The notes under the pieces are model-generated. The model worked only from the letters and a program-made list of their open reading frames with translations, did not search any database and had not been told where the DNA came from. The position numbers were made by a program, and so were the translations under genes. This document shows, piece by piece, positions 37,955 through 50,006 of a stretch of DNA of 64,000 nucleotides; the stretch's first letter is position 1; each line of letters begins with the position of its first letter. This DNA comes from Octopus sinensis (taxonomy: Eukaryota): assembly GCF_006345805.1 (NCBI RefSeq), contig NC_042997.1, positions 66,898,001 to 66,962,000 on the forward strand, in the 5' to 3' direction.

Positions 37955-39633
37955 AAATCAAAATCAAAATCAAAACAAATCAAAATAGATGAACATCAAT
38001 GGAATTTGTATCCAGTACCGGTGGAACACAAGAAAACCATCCGAACGTGGCCATAGCCAGTACCGCATCGACTGGCCTCCGTGCTGTGGGCACGTAACAA
38101 GCACCATCCGATCATGGCCGTTCGCCAGCCTCATCTGGCACCTGTGTCGGTGGCACATAAAAACACCATCCGAAGACCCAGCAAGACGAGTCAGGCCATA
38201 ACCCGTGGCCCCTACCAGGGACGTAGTCAGTCCACCTGTGCATACCTTCCTTCTTGTGACACTTGTGAAGACCGTTGAGGCAAGTGAAAATCAAAATCAA
38301 AATCAAAACAAATCAAAATAGATGAACATCAATGGAATTTGTATCTTTGTGGTACCAGTGCCGGTGGCACACAAGAAAACTATCCGAACATGGCCGTAGC
38401 CAGTAACGCATCGATTGGCCTCCGTGCTGTGGGCACGTAACAAACACCATCCGATCGTTCGCCAGCCTCATCTGGCACATAAAAACACCATCCGAAGACC
38501 CGGCAAGACTAGTCAGGCCATAGCCCGTGGACCCTACCTGGGACGTGCATACCTTCCTTCTTGTGACACTTCTGAAGACCTGTTGAGGCAAGTGAAAATC
38601 AAATCAAATCAAATCAAAATAGATGAACATCAATGGAATTTGTATCTATGTGGTACCAGCCTCATCTGGCACCTGTGTCGGTGGCACATAAAAACACCAT
38701 CCGAAGACCCGGCAAGACTAGTCAGGCCATAACCCGTGGTCCCTACATGGGACGTAGTCAGTCCTTCCTTCTTGTGACACTTGTGAAGACCTGTTGAGGC
38801 AAGTGAAAATCAAATCAAAACAAATCAAAATAGATGAACATCAATGGAATTTGTATCTTTGTGGCACACAAGAAAACCATCCGAACGTGGCTGTAGCCAG
38901 TACCGCATCGACTGGCCTCCGTGCTGTGGGCACGTAACAAACACCATCCAATCATGGCCGTTCGCCAGCCTCATCTGGCACCTGTGTCGGTGGCACATAA
39001 AAACACCATCCGAAGACCCGGCAAGAATAGTCAGGCCATAACCCGTGACCCCTACCTGGGACGTAGTCAGTCCACCTGTGCATACCTTCCTTCTTGTGAC
39101 ACTTGTGAAGACCTGTTGAGGCAAGTGAAAATCAAAATCAAAATCAAAATCAAAATCAAAATCAAAACAAATCAAAATAGATGAACATCAATGGAATTTG
39201 TATCTTTGTGGTACCAGTGCCGGTGGCATACAAGAAAACCATTCGAACGTGGCCGTAGCCAGTACCGCATCGACTGGCCTCCGTGCTGTGGGCACGTATA
39301 CCACATCGACTGGCCTCCGTGCTGTGGGCACGTAACAAACACCATCCGATCGTGGCCGTTCGCCAGCCTCATCTGGCACCTGTGTCGGTGGCACATAAAA
39401 ACACCATCCGAGCATGGCCGTCTGCCAGCCTCGTCTGGCACTGTGTCGGTGGCACATAAAATCACTCACTACACTCTCGGAGTGGTTGGCGTTAGGAAGG
39501 GCATCCAGCTGTAGAAACACTGCCAGATCTGACTGGCCTGGTGCAGCCTTCGGGCTCCTCAGACCCCAGTTGAACCGTCCAACCCATGCTAGCATGGAAA
39601 GCGGACGTTAAATGATGATGATGATGATGATGA
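37955..39633 (+). repeat. RTE-type 3' UTR expanded into about five tandem units of 210-330 bp separated by (CAAAAT)n, ending in the RTE tail
   Basis: The unit gatgaacatcaatggaatttgtatc...gacctgttgaggcaagtgaaaatc recurs. The terminal gtggttggcgttaggaagggcatccagc...(gat)n is shared with the RTE copies. Confidence 0.85.
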
Positions 39634-40651
39634 CACCATGAAGGTATCCTACGCCAACTCTGCTAACTTAGAGCAGCTTATGCATTGCATAAACAATAGC
39701 AAAAAGTGGCAAAGGTTCAATAACCCACCTACTGGATCTAGCAAAGATTTGCATCTAAATACCAACCAATCATTAACTTCGATCAATTTGTTGTAGTAGA
39801 AATACTCATGGTACATCTAGTACGTTAAAGGAGTTGGGAGTGCCTTATGTATAAATAAATATAATAAATGCTCATGCAGAGATAGATAAAAATGTCCTTT
39901 GCTGAATCTCTGTATGAATACAAATCTTGTATATAAATGTACCATGCACACTAGGGGTGTGTGTGTGTGTGTGCTATATTTACATTGGGCATATGGCTGA
40001 TTCATTTAAGAATCGATATTGTAACCATGTTGCCAGATTTTAGTCAATTAATAAGAGGCATTCAACATCTCTGGCAGATTTTATATGGTGATTGAAGGAG
40101 GGTAAAATGAAGTACAACATTAATTGGTCCATAGTTAGACATGCAAAACCATAGTGTAATTTCCAGGAGATGCCATCTCTGAGAAATCCCTGTCTATTCT
40201 GTGGACTAACGAGAAGATACTTAATAGAATTTCTGAACGACTATTGAGATGCCTACATGCATATAAATGTACTTTGGCACAATGCAGTGAGAATAACTTT
40301 TGAGTGACTGTTAACTTAATGTAATTTAATTTACTTTAAGGTATGGATGACTTAAGTTTACTTTTAACCTCCCCATTCTTCTAAACACCTAGTAAATAAC
40401 TAAATTACTTTGTAATCATTAGTGCACCAAACCTTGCATGTGTGTATGCTCACATTTTTACTGATGCTTGTATAAGCGTGTGTACTTGTGCCTTGCAGCT
40501 TGTCCGAGGGAGTTTATACATCCAAATCTGTTAATGGTTATTTTCAGTACTTTTCTCGCTGGATTGCGTGTTTGTTTCTCTTTTTGTCTTAAATCCTTAA
40601 ATCCTTAAAAATGTTTTAGCCCGAAGGCTGCAGCCATGCTGGGGCACCACC

Positions 40652-41000
40652 GGTGGCTTCTGCAACGGCAACGGCCACGGTCGGATTGGTGTATTTTACG
40701 TGCCACCGGCACGGAAGCCAGTCGAGGCGGCGCTGGCATCGGCCACGAGTCGGATAGTGCTTTTTACGTACCACCAGACCAGGGATCCTGGCTGGTTCAA
40801 TTCGATTTCGATTTCGCTTGCCCCAACATTTCTTCGCAAGCAAAGGGGGTTGGCATGGGTGCCTGTCGTCGGATGAGGTTCTATATCGACTTCGCTTGCC
40901 TCAACAGGTCTTTGTGTCTAAGGGAGGAAAGGCATGCATAAGTGGGCTGGGCTCACTTGTCCTGTCTGGTCGTCTCACGTACAGCATATTTCCAAAGGGC
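40652..41000 (-). mobile_element. Third RTE fragment (last codons + partial 3' UTR), lacking its own tail
   Basis: Matches the ORF end (ctcacttgtcctg...cagcatatttccaaagg) and proximal 3' UTR of the adjacent copies; joined at about 40652 to a CR1-type 3' end. Confidence 0.85.
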
Positions 41001-41072
41001 CTGGTCTTCTCACATATCTATGTATATATATGTGTATATATATATATCTATGTATATATATGTGTATATATA

Positions 41073-42517
41073 TCATCATCATCATCATCATCGTCGTTTA
41101 ACGTCCGTTCTCCATGCTAGCATGGGTTGGACGGTTCGACCGGGGTTCTGGGAAGCCAGAAGGCTGCACCAGGCTCCAGTCTAATTTGGCAATGTTTCTA
41201 CAGCTGGATGCCCTTCCTAACGCCAACCACTCCGTGAGTGTAGTGGGTGCTTTTTACGTGCCACCTGCACAGGTGCCAGGCGGGGCTGGCAACGGCCACG
41301 GTCAGATTGGTGTATTTTATGTGCCACCGGCACGGAAGCCAGTCGAGGCGGTGCTGGCATCGGCCACGAGTCGGATAGTGCTTTTTACGTACCACCAGAC
41401 CAGGGATCCTGGCTGGTTCAATTCGATTTCGATTTCGCTTGCCCCAACATGTCTTCACAAGCAAAGGGGGTTGGCAAGGGTGCCTGTCGTACGGTCGCAT
41501 TGGAGTATTTTACGTGCCACGGCCACGAGTCGGATAGTGCTTTACGTACCACCAGACCAGGGATACTGGCTGGTTCAATTCGATTTCGATTTCGCTTGCC
41601 CCAACATGTCTTCACAAGCAAAGGGGGTTGGCAAGGGTGCCTGTCGTACGGTCGCATTGGAGTATTTTACGTGCCACGGCCACGAGTCGGATAGTGCTTT
41701 ACGTACCACCAGACCAGGGATCCTGGCTGGTTCAATTCGATTTCGATTTCGCTTGCCCCAACATGTCTTCACAAGCAAAGGGGGTTGGCATGGGTGCCTG
41801 TCGTACGGTCGCATTGGAGTATTTTACGTGCCACGGCCCCGAGTCGGATAGTGCTTTTTACGTACCACCAGGCCAGGGATCCTGGCTGGTTCAATTCGGT
41901 TTCGATTTCGATTTCGATTTCGCTTGCCCCAACATGTCTTCGCAAGCATGGGGGGTTGGGATGGGTGTCTGTCGTCGGATGAGGTTCTATATCGACTTCG
42001 CTTGCCTCAACCGGTCTTTGTGTCCAAGGGAGGAAAGGCATTCATAAGTGGGCTGGGCTCACTTGTCCTGCCTGGTCTTCTCACGTACAGAATATTTCCA
42101 AAGGTCTCGGTCTCTGGTCATTTCCTCAGTGAGGCCTAAAGTTCGAAGGTCGTGCTTCACCACCTCGTCCCAGGTTTTCCTGGGTCTACCTCTTCCACGG
42201 GTTCCCTCAACTGCTAGGGATTGGCACTTTCTCACACACCTATCTTCATCCATTCTCGCCACATGACCATACCAGCGCAATCGTCTCTCTTGCACACCAC
42301 AACTGATGCTTCTTAGGTACAACATTTCTCTCAAGGTGCTAACGCTCTGTCGAGTATGTACACTGACATTACACATCCATCGGAGCATACTGGCTTCATT
42401 CCTCACGAGCTTACGCATGTCCTCAGCAGTCACAGCCCATGTTTCGCTGCCATGTAGCATGGCTGTTCGTACACACGCATCATACAGTCTGCCTTTTACT
42501 CTGAGCGAGAGGCCTTT
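41073..42517 (-). mobile_element. 5'-truncated RTE copy (RT C-terminus + 3' UTR with tandem modules of about 120 bp)
   Basis: ORF 42059-42460 is nearly identical to the C-terminus of the 43288-45573 ORF; same 3' UTR and (GAT)n tail at about 41073. Confidence 0.93.
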
Positions 42518-42577
42518 AGATATATATATCTATGTATATGTATGCATATATATATATCTATGTATATATATATGTAT

Positions 42578-45500
42578 ATCATCATCATCATCATCATCAT
42601 CATTGTTTAACGTCCGTTCTCCATGCTAGCATGGGTTGGACGGTTCAACCGGGGATTTGGGAAGCCAGAAGGCTGCACCAGGCTCCAGTCTTATCTGGCA
42701 ATGTTTCTACAGCTGGATGCCCTTCCTAACGCCAACCACTCCGTGAGTGTAGTGGGTGCTTTTTACGTGCCACCTGCACAGGTGCCAGGCGAGGCTGGCA
42801 ACGGCCACGGTCGGATTGGTGTATTTTATGTGCCACCGGCACGGAAGCCAGTCGAGGTGGCGCTGGCATCGGCCACGAGTCGAATAGTGCTTTTTACGTA
42901 CGACCAGACCAGGGATCCTGGCTGGTTCAATTTGATTTCGATTTCACTTGCCCCAATATGTCTTCGCAAGCAAAGGGGGCTGGCATGGGTGCCTGTCGTA
43001 CGGTCGGATTGGTGTATTTTACGTGCCACCGGCACGGAAGCCAGTCGAGGCGGCGCTGGCATCGGCCACGAGTCGGATAGTGCTTTTTACGTACCACCAG
43101 GCCAGGGGTCCTGGCTGGTTCAATTCGATTTCGATTTCGCTTTCACTTTCGCTTGCCCCAACATGTCTTCGCAAGCAAAGGGGGTTGGCATGGGTGCCTG
43201 TCGTCGGATGAGGTTCTATATCGACTTCGCTTGCCTCAACAGGTCTTTGTGTCCAAGGGAGGAAAGGCATTCATAAGTGGGCTGGGCTCACTTGTCCTGC
43301 CTGGTCTTCTCACGTACAGCATATTTCCAAAGGTCTCGGTCGCTGGTCATTTCCTCAGTGAGGCCTAAAGTTCGAAGGTCGTGCTTCACCACCTCGTCCC
43401 AGGTTTTCCTGGGTCTACCTCTTCCACGGGTTCCCTCAACTGCTAGGGATTGGCACTTTCTCACACACCTATCTTCATCCATTCTCGCCACATGACCATA
43501 CCAGCACAATCGTCTCTCTTGCACACCACAACTGATGCTTCTTAGGTACAACATTTCTCTCAAGGTACTAACGCTCTGTCGAGTATGTACACTGACATTA
43601 CACATCCATCGGAGCATAGTGGCTTCATTCCTCACGAGCTTACGCATGTCCTCAGCAGTCATGGCCCATGTTTCACTGCCATGTAGCATGGCTGTTCGTA
43701 CACATGCATCATACAGTCTGCCTTTTACTCTGAGCGAGAGGCCTTTAGTCACCAGCAGAGGTAAGAGCTCCCTAAACTTTGCCCAGGCTATTCTTATTCT
43801 AGCAGTTACACTTTCAGCGCACCCACCCCCACTACTGACTTGGTCACCTAGATAATGGAAGCTATCAACTACTTCTAGTTTTTCCCCCTGGAAAGTGACG
43901 GAAGTTGTTTTCTGCAGATTTTCGGAGGTTAATGCTCCCGAGCATCCGCCACATACAAAAACTATCTTCCCAGTTAGCCTACCTTTGACATTGCTGCACC
44001 TCTTATGTGTCCATAGCTTACACTGGGTACATCTTATAGAGTTTCTACCTACACCTTTTCTACAGATTGAGCAGGGCCATCTTCCTGAAGACATTTGTGG
44101 ATTGTCTACCTTCCTACTTATTAGTACTTTGGTTTTAGCTAGGTTGACTCTAAGGCCCCTCGATTCTAAACCCTCCTTCCACACCTGGAACTTCTCCTCC
44201 AGTTCTGATAGTGACTCAGCAATTAGAGCAAGGTCGTCAGCGTAGAGGAGCTCCCAGGGACAACCTGTCTTGAATTCCTCCATAATTGCTTGGAGGACTA
44301 TGATAAATAGGAGGGGGCTGAGTACTGAACCCTGGTGGAACCCAACCTCTACTATGAATTCTTCTGTGTACATGTTGCCAACCCTAACCTTACTTACGGC
44401 ATCTCTGTACATGGCTTGCACAGCCCTCACCAGCCATTCATCTATCCCTAGTTTCCTCATTGACCACCAGATAAGGGATCGGGGGACCCTATCAAAAGCT
44501 TTCTCCATGTCAACGAAAGCCAGGTACAGGGGCTTATCTTTGGCTAGGTATTTCTCCTGCAGCTGCCTTACCAGGAATATAGCATCAGTGGTACTTTTCC
44601 CTGGCACGAACCCAAACTGCATCTCATCTAAACTAACTCTCTCTCTAATTAGTTGGGCGATGACCCTCTCCGTAACCTTCATTACCTGATCCAACAGCTT
44701 GATACCTCTGTAATTATTTGTATCTCGGGCATCACCTTTACCTTTGTAGCAGTTGACTAGTATGCTGCTACACCAGTCATTGGGTATGACTCCTTCGTGT
44801 ATCACCTGGTTGACTATACGGGTGACTAGGTTATAGCCGACACTGCCAGATATTTTGAGCATCTCTGCAGTAATTCCTGATGGGCCTGGGGCTTTCCCTG
44901 TCTTCATGCTTCTAATTGCTTTAACTACCAAAGAATTTTCAACTCGGATGGCTGGTCCCTCTGTTGGGTTGACATTCGGCAGACTCTCTTTATCCCATTC
45001 ATTTTCTTTATTCAGCAACCTTTCATAGTGGCATCTCCAAACCTCTCTCTTTGCATCCTCATTTAGCGCAAGTGAACCATCATCCATGCAAACACACTTC
45101 TCTCCTACCACATCACGATTCTCTCTCACACACTGTCTTGCAACATGAAATACCCCAAGTCTTTCATCCTCACGGCTCAGAACATTGGCAAATTTTTTCT
45201 TATCCGCTTCCCCTCTGACTAAATAAACCTGTCTCCTAGCTTCCCTTCTGGCTGTCTGATACAATTCCCTGCTACCACCGTCCTTCCAGTCCTTCCAAGC
45301 CTGTCTCTTTTGTCTAATAGCCCTGTCAACCACAGTGTTCCACCACCATGTTACTCTGGGTCGAGATGGTACTTTGCTCCATCCACAGATCTGGTCAGTG
45401 GCTGTCAGCAGATTGTCCCGTAGAAATCTCCAGTTGCCTTCCACATTAAGTGAAGCTATATCCCCTTCTATTTCGTCAAAGGCTTCGAGTAGTATGTCTC

Positions 45501-46620
45501 TAAATCTCTGTCCATTTGCAGGATCTTTAAGCTTCCAGACCCTTCTCCTCCAAGCAGGTCTTCTTCTGGGCAACCATTTAGCTCTGATCCTGAAGTCGCT
45601 AACTACTAATCTATGTTGAGGAGTACATTCTTCGCCTGGAAAGGTTTTGGCATTTATAAGCAGCCCTCTTTCCCTTTTTCTGTTGGCTAGTGTGTCTGCC
45701 AGAACGGTAGGTGACTAGGTGAGAGGTGGGTTTCCTGAAGTTGGTATTTCAGACCATAAGGTCATTTGCATCGCAGAACTCCAGCAGCCTGGTTCCCTCC
45801 TCATTACGAGAGCCAAAACCGTAGCCTCCATGGAAGCCCCCGACATGCCGTCCAACATGTCCATTGAAATCACCTGCCACAAAGAGGTCACTGTCATTTG
45901 TCAACGAGGTAGCCCGCAATAGGGTGTCATAGAATTGGTCTTTTTGTCCTTCCGGTAGCCCTGGTTGAGGGGCATATGCCGAGATGATGGTAGCTGACCT
46001 ATGGTGAAGCACTAATCTAATCTTAAGTACTCTATCACTTACTCTGACTACCTCGATTACCTTATCTACCCATTTCTCCGCAAGAAGTATACCCACGCCC
46101 CCGTCAGTGTTCCCTGCCCAGAAAATCTTGTACCTGTGTTCCTTGCCTGTGAGGAGCCTAGCGGAGCCTCCTCTCCACCTTACTTCCTGGATGCAGCATA
46201 AATCCACACGTCTCCGTTCAAGCAGCTCAACAATCTCACCAGACCTACCTTTCAATGTGCCAACATTGAGTGTGCCAACTCTGAGGGTGTGGGAGGTGTG
46301 GGCCTCTGAGACCCTGGGATGAGGGACAGCGGTGTCATGTACCTAAAAAGAAAGCTTGCATTTGCCAGATTTCATAGAGAGACTCTAGACAACAACCTGC
46401 ATACATTTCACAGTTTTTGCGCTATATGATCACAATAAACCATACATAGAGGTGCGGTTGGGAGTATGCGCGGAGGGGGGAGTCAAGAAAGGTAGAAAGG
46501 TAGAAACTTCCGGTTCTGGGGTGGGGGTGGGGATGGGGATGGGGGTGGGAGGGCGGGGTCACCTGAATGTGACATAATTCATGTGACACCGTATTTTTGG
46601 TAAACAAAATATTTTAGAAC
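42578..46620 (-). mobile_element. Near-full-length RTE-clade LINE (APE + RT with embedded PHD finger), inactivated in the endonuclease region
   Basis: APE N-terminus RVGTLNVGTLKGRSGEIVELL...CCIQEVRW lies at about 45750-46285. There is an in-frame TGA at 45749-51 and a frameshifting deletion where the DYIL-type motif is expected. The open RT ORF 43288-45573 contains QFGF, FVDMEKAFDRV, QGSVLSPLLF and YADD. The 3' UTR ends in a (GAT)n tail near 42578. The 5' boundary is approximate. Confidence 0.95.
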
Positions 46621-46907
46621 TAAAAATGTCCGCAACTTTACCGCTATGTTTCATTCAAACATTCACTAAATTATAAAATATAGAATACCCGTTTATGTTT
46701 GTTTATCAAAAGACATAAAAATATATATATACTAAGTTAACAGAGGTTTATAATAATTAAATTATAAGAAATTAATTGTAAATAGTCAAAATACGCTAAT
46801 ATTCTAAGATATATAATCAAAATAACTCCTTATAGCTTATACAGATAACATCACTACGTAAGAAGTCTAGTATTATTACAATACTATTATATTCCTATTT
46901 AAACCCT

Positions 46908-46950
<43 letters not shown>

Positions 46951-46962
46951 GTATATATATAT

Positions 46963-48010
46963 ATCCTTAAATCCTTAAAAATGTTCTAGCCCGAAGGTCG
47001 CGGCCATGCTGGGGCACCACCGCTGAATGAGCTACACTAATATGTGAATCGACCTCTGATACGTGGCACTTGATCAACAAGGGAGTTCGATGCTGCTGCC
47101 CGCATCTGCATCTCCTGTCATGAGGTAGGTTCATCTGGGACTCCTGACAAGAAGAGATCCAGTTTAGTTTTAAAGAAACCCACATCCACACCATGTAAGT
47201 CTCTCAGGCATTTAGGGAGGATGTTAAAGAGCTGTGGTCCTCTGAAACCCAAGCTGTTGCAGTATCTGGACCTGTATTTTGATGGTGATGTTGGAATCTT
47301 TGGCACCAGCGGTTGGAGTAACTTTGAATGCCAAAGTTTGGGACAAGACCCTCCAGGATTTTCCAGATGTATATCACCGCATATCTCTCCCGCCTCCGCT
47401 CTAGGGAGAAGAAGTTTAATACTTTCAGTCTTTCCCAGTAGCTGATATTTTGCATTGAGATGATATTCTTTGTGTAGCTTCTCTGAATTGCTTTGAGTTC
47501 TGCTGTTAGTTTTATATTGTGTGGTGACCATAGTTGGGAGCAGTAGTCCAAGCGGCCGAGGACGAATGTTTTCCATAGGACCATCAGTGTCTCCTTCTCT
47601 CTTGTTCTGAAAGTTCGGAGAATCCATCCAGTTAGCCGTCTGCCTTTTATCACCAGATTAGTAATATGCACTTGGAAAGATGCATCATTGCTCATGTCAA
47701 TGCCCAGGTCACGCACTGATTTTGACTCAGGGATTGCAATTCTTCCTAGGCCAGTGTATCCAGTCTGCATGTCGTTTACCTTTGTGTGCCGGTAGCACAG
47801 GGCCTGGTACTTACCTGCATTAAACTGCATGTTGTTGTCCTCAGCCCACCTGTATACTGTGTCCAACTACTGTTGCAGACACGCAATATTTTCAGGGTTT
47901 TGTATTGTGTGGGAGACTTTTGTGTCATCTGCATAGCTAGCAAGGGTGGTCATCGTAGCAACTGAAGGCATATCTGAAAGGGCCACTATGAACATCAGTG
48001 GCCCCAAGAC
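46963..48010 (-). mobile_element. 5'-truncated CR1-like LINE (RT C-terminal half + 3' end with TTTAAGGA-repeat tail)
   Basis: [19 protein letters not shown], then a stop, then YRWAEDNNMQFNAGK..RDLG..RLDYCSQLWSP..LERRRERY. Ends ggtggtgccccagcatggccgc...(tttaagga)n. Confidence 0.9.
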
Positions 48011-48684
48011 ATATATATATATATGTATATGTATATATAGATATGTATATATATATGTATATGTATGTATATGTATATATAGATATGTATATATATATAT
48101 GTATATGTATGTATATGTATATATATATATAGATATGTATATGTGTATATATGTATGTATATGTATATATGTATATATGTATGTATATGTATATGTGTAT
48201 ATATGTATGTATATGTATATATATATAGATATGTATATGTGTATATATGTATGTATATGTATATATATATATAGATATGTATATGTGTATATATATATGT
48301 ATATATGTATATAGATATATGTATATAGATATATGTATATATATATATGTATATATATATATCTATATCTATATATATATAAATAATAATAATAAGGTGG
48401 CATTACTGGTGTAAATTTCATAGTAGTTATAGAGTCCGGTGTCTGGGGTGATGGAGATGGAACATTTTGATCTTCGACAGTAAAGATGCCTGCATACCAT
48501 CCAGCAATGATTTCTGCACATTCTTTGGGATTATCAGGAATCTGGCCTGTGTGGGGATTGCAAAGGGGACCAACTGGAGAGTGAGGTCTCTGCTTTGAAT
48601 GTACATACTTCCAGAACACTTTGCTGTCAGGGTTGGTTGCTATGCGCTGTTTGAATTCAAGCACTGACATTTTTGTCATATATA

Positions 48685-48728
<44 letters not shown>

Positions 48729-48921
48729 CACAAATATATACATATATATATATATACACACACACACATATATACATATATAAATATATATATATACATT
48801 TACATATATATATATATATACACATACATGTACATATATATACATATATATATATATACACATATATACATATATATACATACATATATATATATACACA
48901 TATATACATATATATACATAC

Positions 48922-48975
<54 letters not shown>

Positions 48976-49088
48976 CATGCATATACATTTATATACATAT
49001 ACACACATATATATACATATATATACATATATATATACACATACATATATACACATACATACATATACATATATATAGATATATATAC
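48011..49088. repeat. Long compound TA/TATG/CA microsatellite arrays (interrupted by a LINE fragment at 48395-48680)
   Basis: Direct reading; the source of the I/Y/H-rich pseudo-ORFs in the track. Confidence 0.95.
48395..48680 (-). mobile_element. CR1/L2-like LINE linker fragment
   Basis: [20 protein letters not shown]...[22 protein letters not shown] matches the pre-RT linker pattern of CR1-group ORF2; flanked by TA microsatellites. Confidence 0.75.
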
Positions 49089-49370
49089 ATTTTTTTCACG
49101 CTGAGAGTTGCTGAAGCATGGACAAACTGCCGGCATCGGTTGTTAGTTGTCGGAGCACTGCATCCTTCAAAACTTCCATGCTTCCTGAGATTCGCCAACA
49201 CTACACTTGATTTTCTCCCCTCCATACACACACAAGCATGTATCTGACTCATACATTGTTCGCTTTCCAGACATTTCTACATTACTGCAAGTACTTTATA
49301 TGCACTTTCTGACAAGTTGTGGTGCACCTGAGCACTGTATACAATAATTTCATTATTATTATTATTATAT
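49089..49370 (+). mobile_element. 3' end of a CR1/L2-like LINE with (ATT)n tail
   Basis: Frameshifted [29 protein letters not shown] pattern, then a 3' UTR and attattattattat tail. Confidence 0.7.
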
Positions 49371-50006
49371 ATTTTTTAAATAATATATTATTATTAATAT
49401 CAGGAATTCAATATTAGAAAATTCTTCAGAAAAATATATATGTGTGTAAAATAATTGTTGTATTATAAATATATATAAAAATATATGTAAATATGTATAA
49501 GGATAAATATATAATGTATATGACAGTTTAAAAGTTCTGAATTAAGTATTTAAAGCATCTTACGATCGTTTCACAGAAGTGCAGTCCCTATAATGAAATC
49601 CTATATTGATAAGCATTTATAGACAACTCTTCTGCTCTTCAGAGATATAAAACTTGAATTTTGTATAACATATCGAATGGTGGTTTTTAAAAAAAATTTG
49701 AAGTAATACTATAAAATAGTGTTTGTTTGAAATAAAAATAAAAAATTACTGCTTTTGATGAGAGTCTTTAAATCCATATATACTTCGTTGGTTAGTCTTC
49801 TGTAATAATCCATAATGTTCATATGTAAAATCTGTTATATTATCTTGTATTCCAAATATAGTTCATATACTTAGGTAATATGGAATAATGGAATCCTGTA
49901 TTGATAAGCATTTATAAATAACTCTTCTTCTCTTCAGTAATATCAAATGTGAAATTTGTATATACTTTAGTATGAGAATCTTGAAATTCATATATGTCTC
50001 CTTGGT

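Noticed and set aside
37970-43276. Cluster of 60-245 aa ORFs with repeated peptides; array superficially CRISPR-like
   Set aside because: These are tandem RTE 3' UTR modules with no unique spacers and no cas genes, in a eukaryotic context.
46300-46360. RTE ORF begins after a TAG that doubles as a splice acceptor (ttctttttAG), suggesting a spliced LINE
   Set aside because: No upstream donor supplies an in-frame ATG. A nearby out-of-frame ATG (gtacATGacacc) is more simply explained by a frameshift in this dead copy.
47867-49252. Long I/Y/H/C-rich ORFs (e.g. 310 aa at 47867-48799, 208 aa at 48621-49247)
   Set aside because: Translations of TA/TATG/CA microsatellites bridging LINE fragments. 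The same applies to the ORFs at 131-606, 1418-2365 and 31126-31678.
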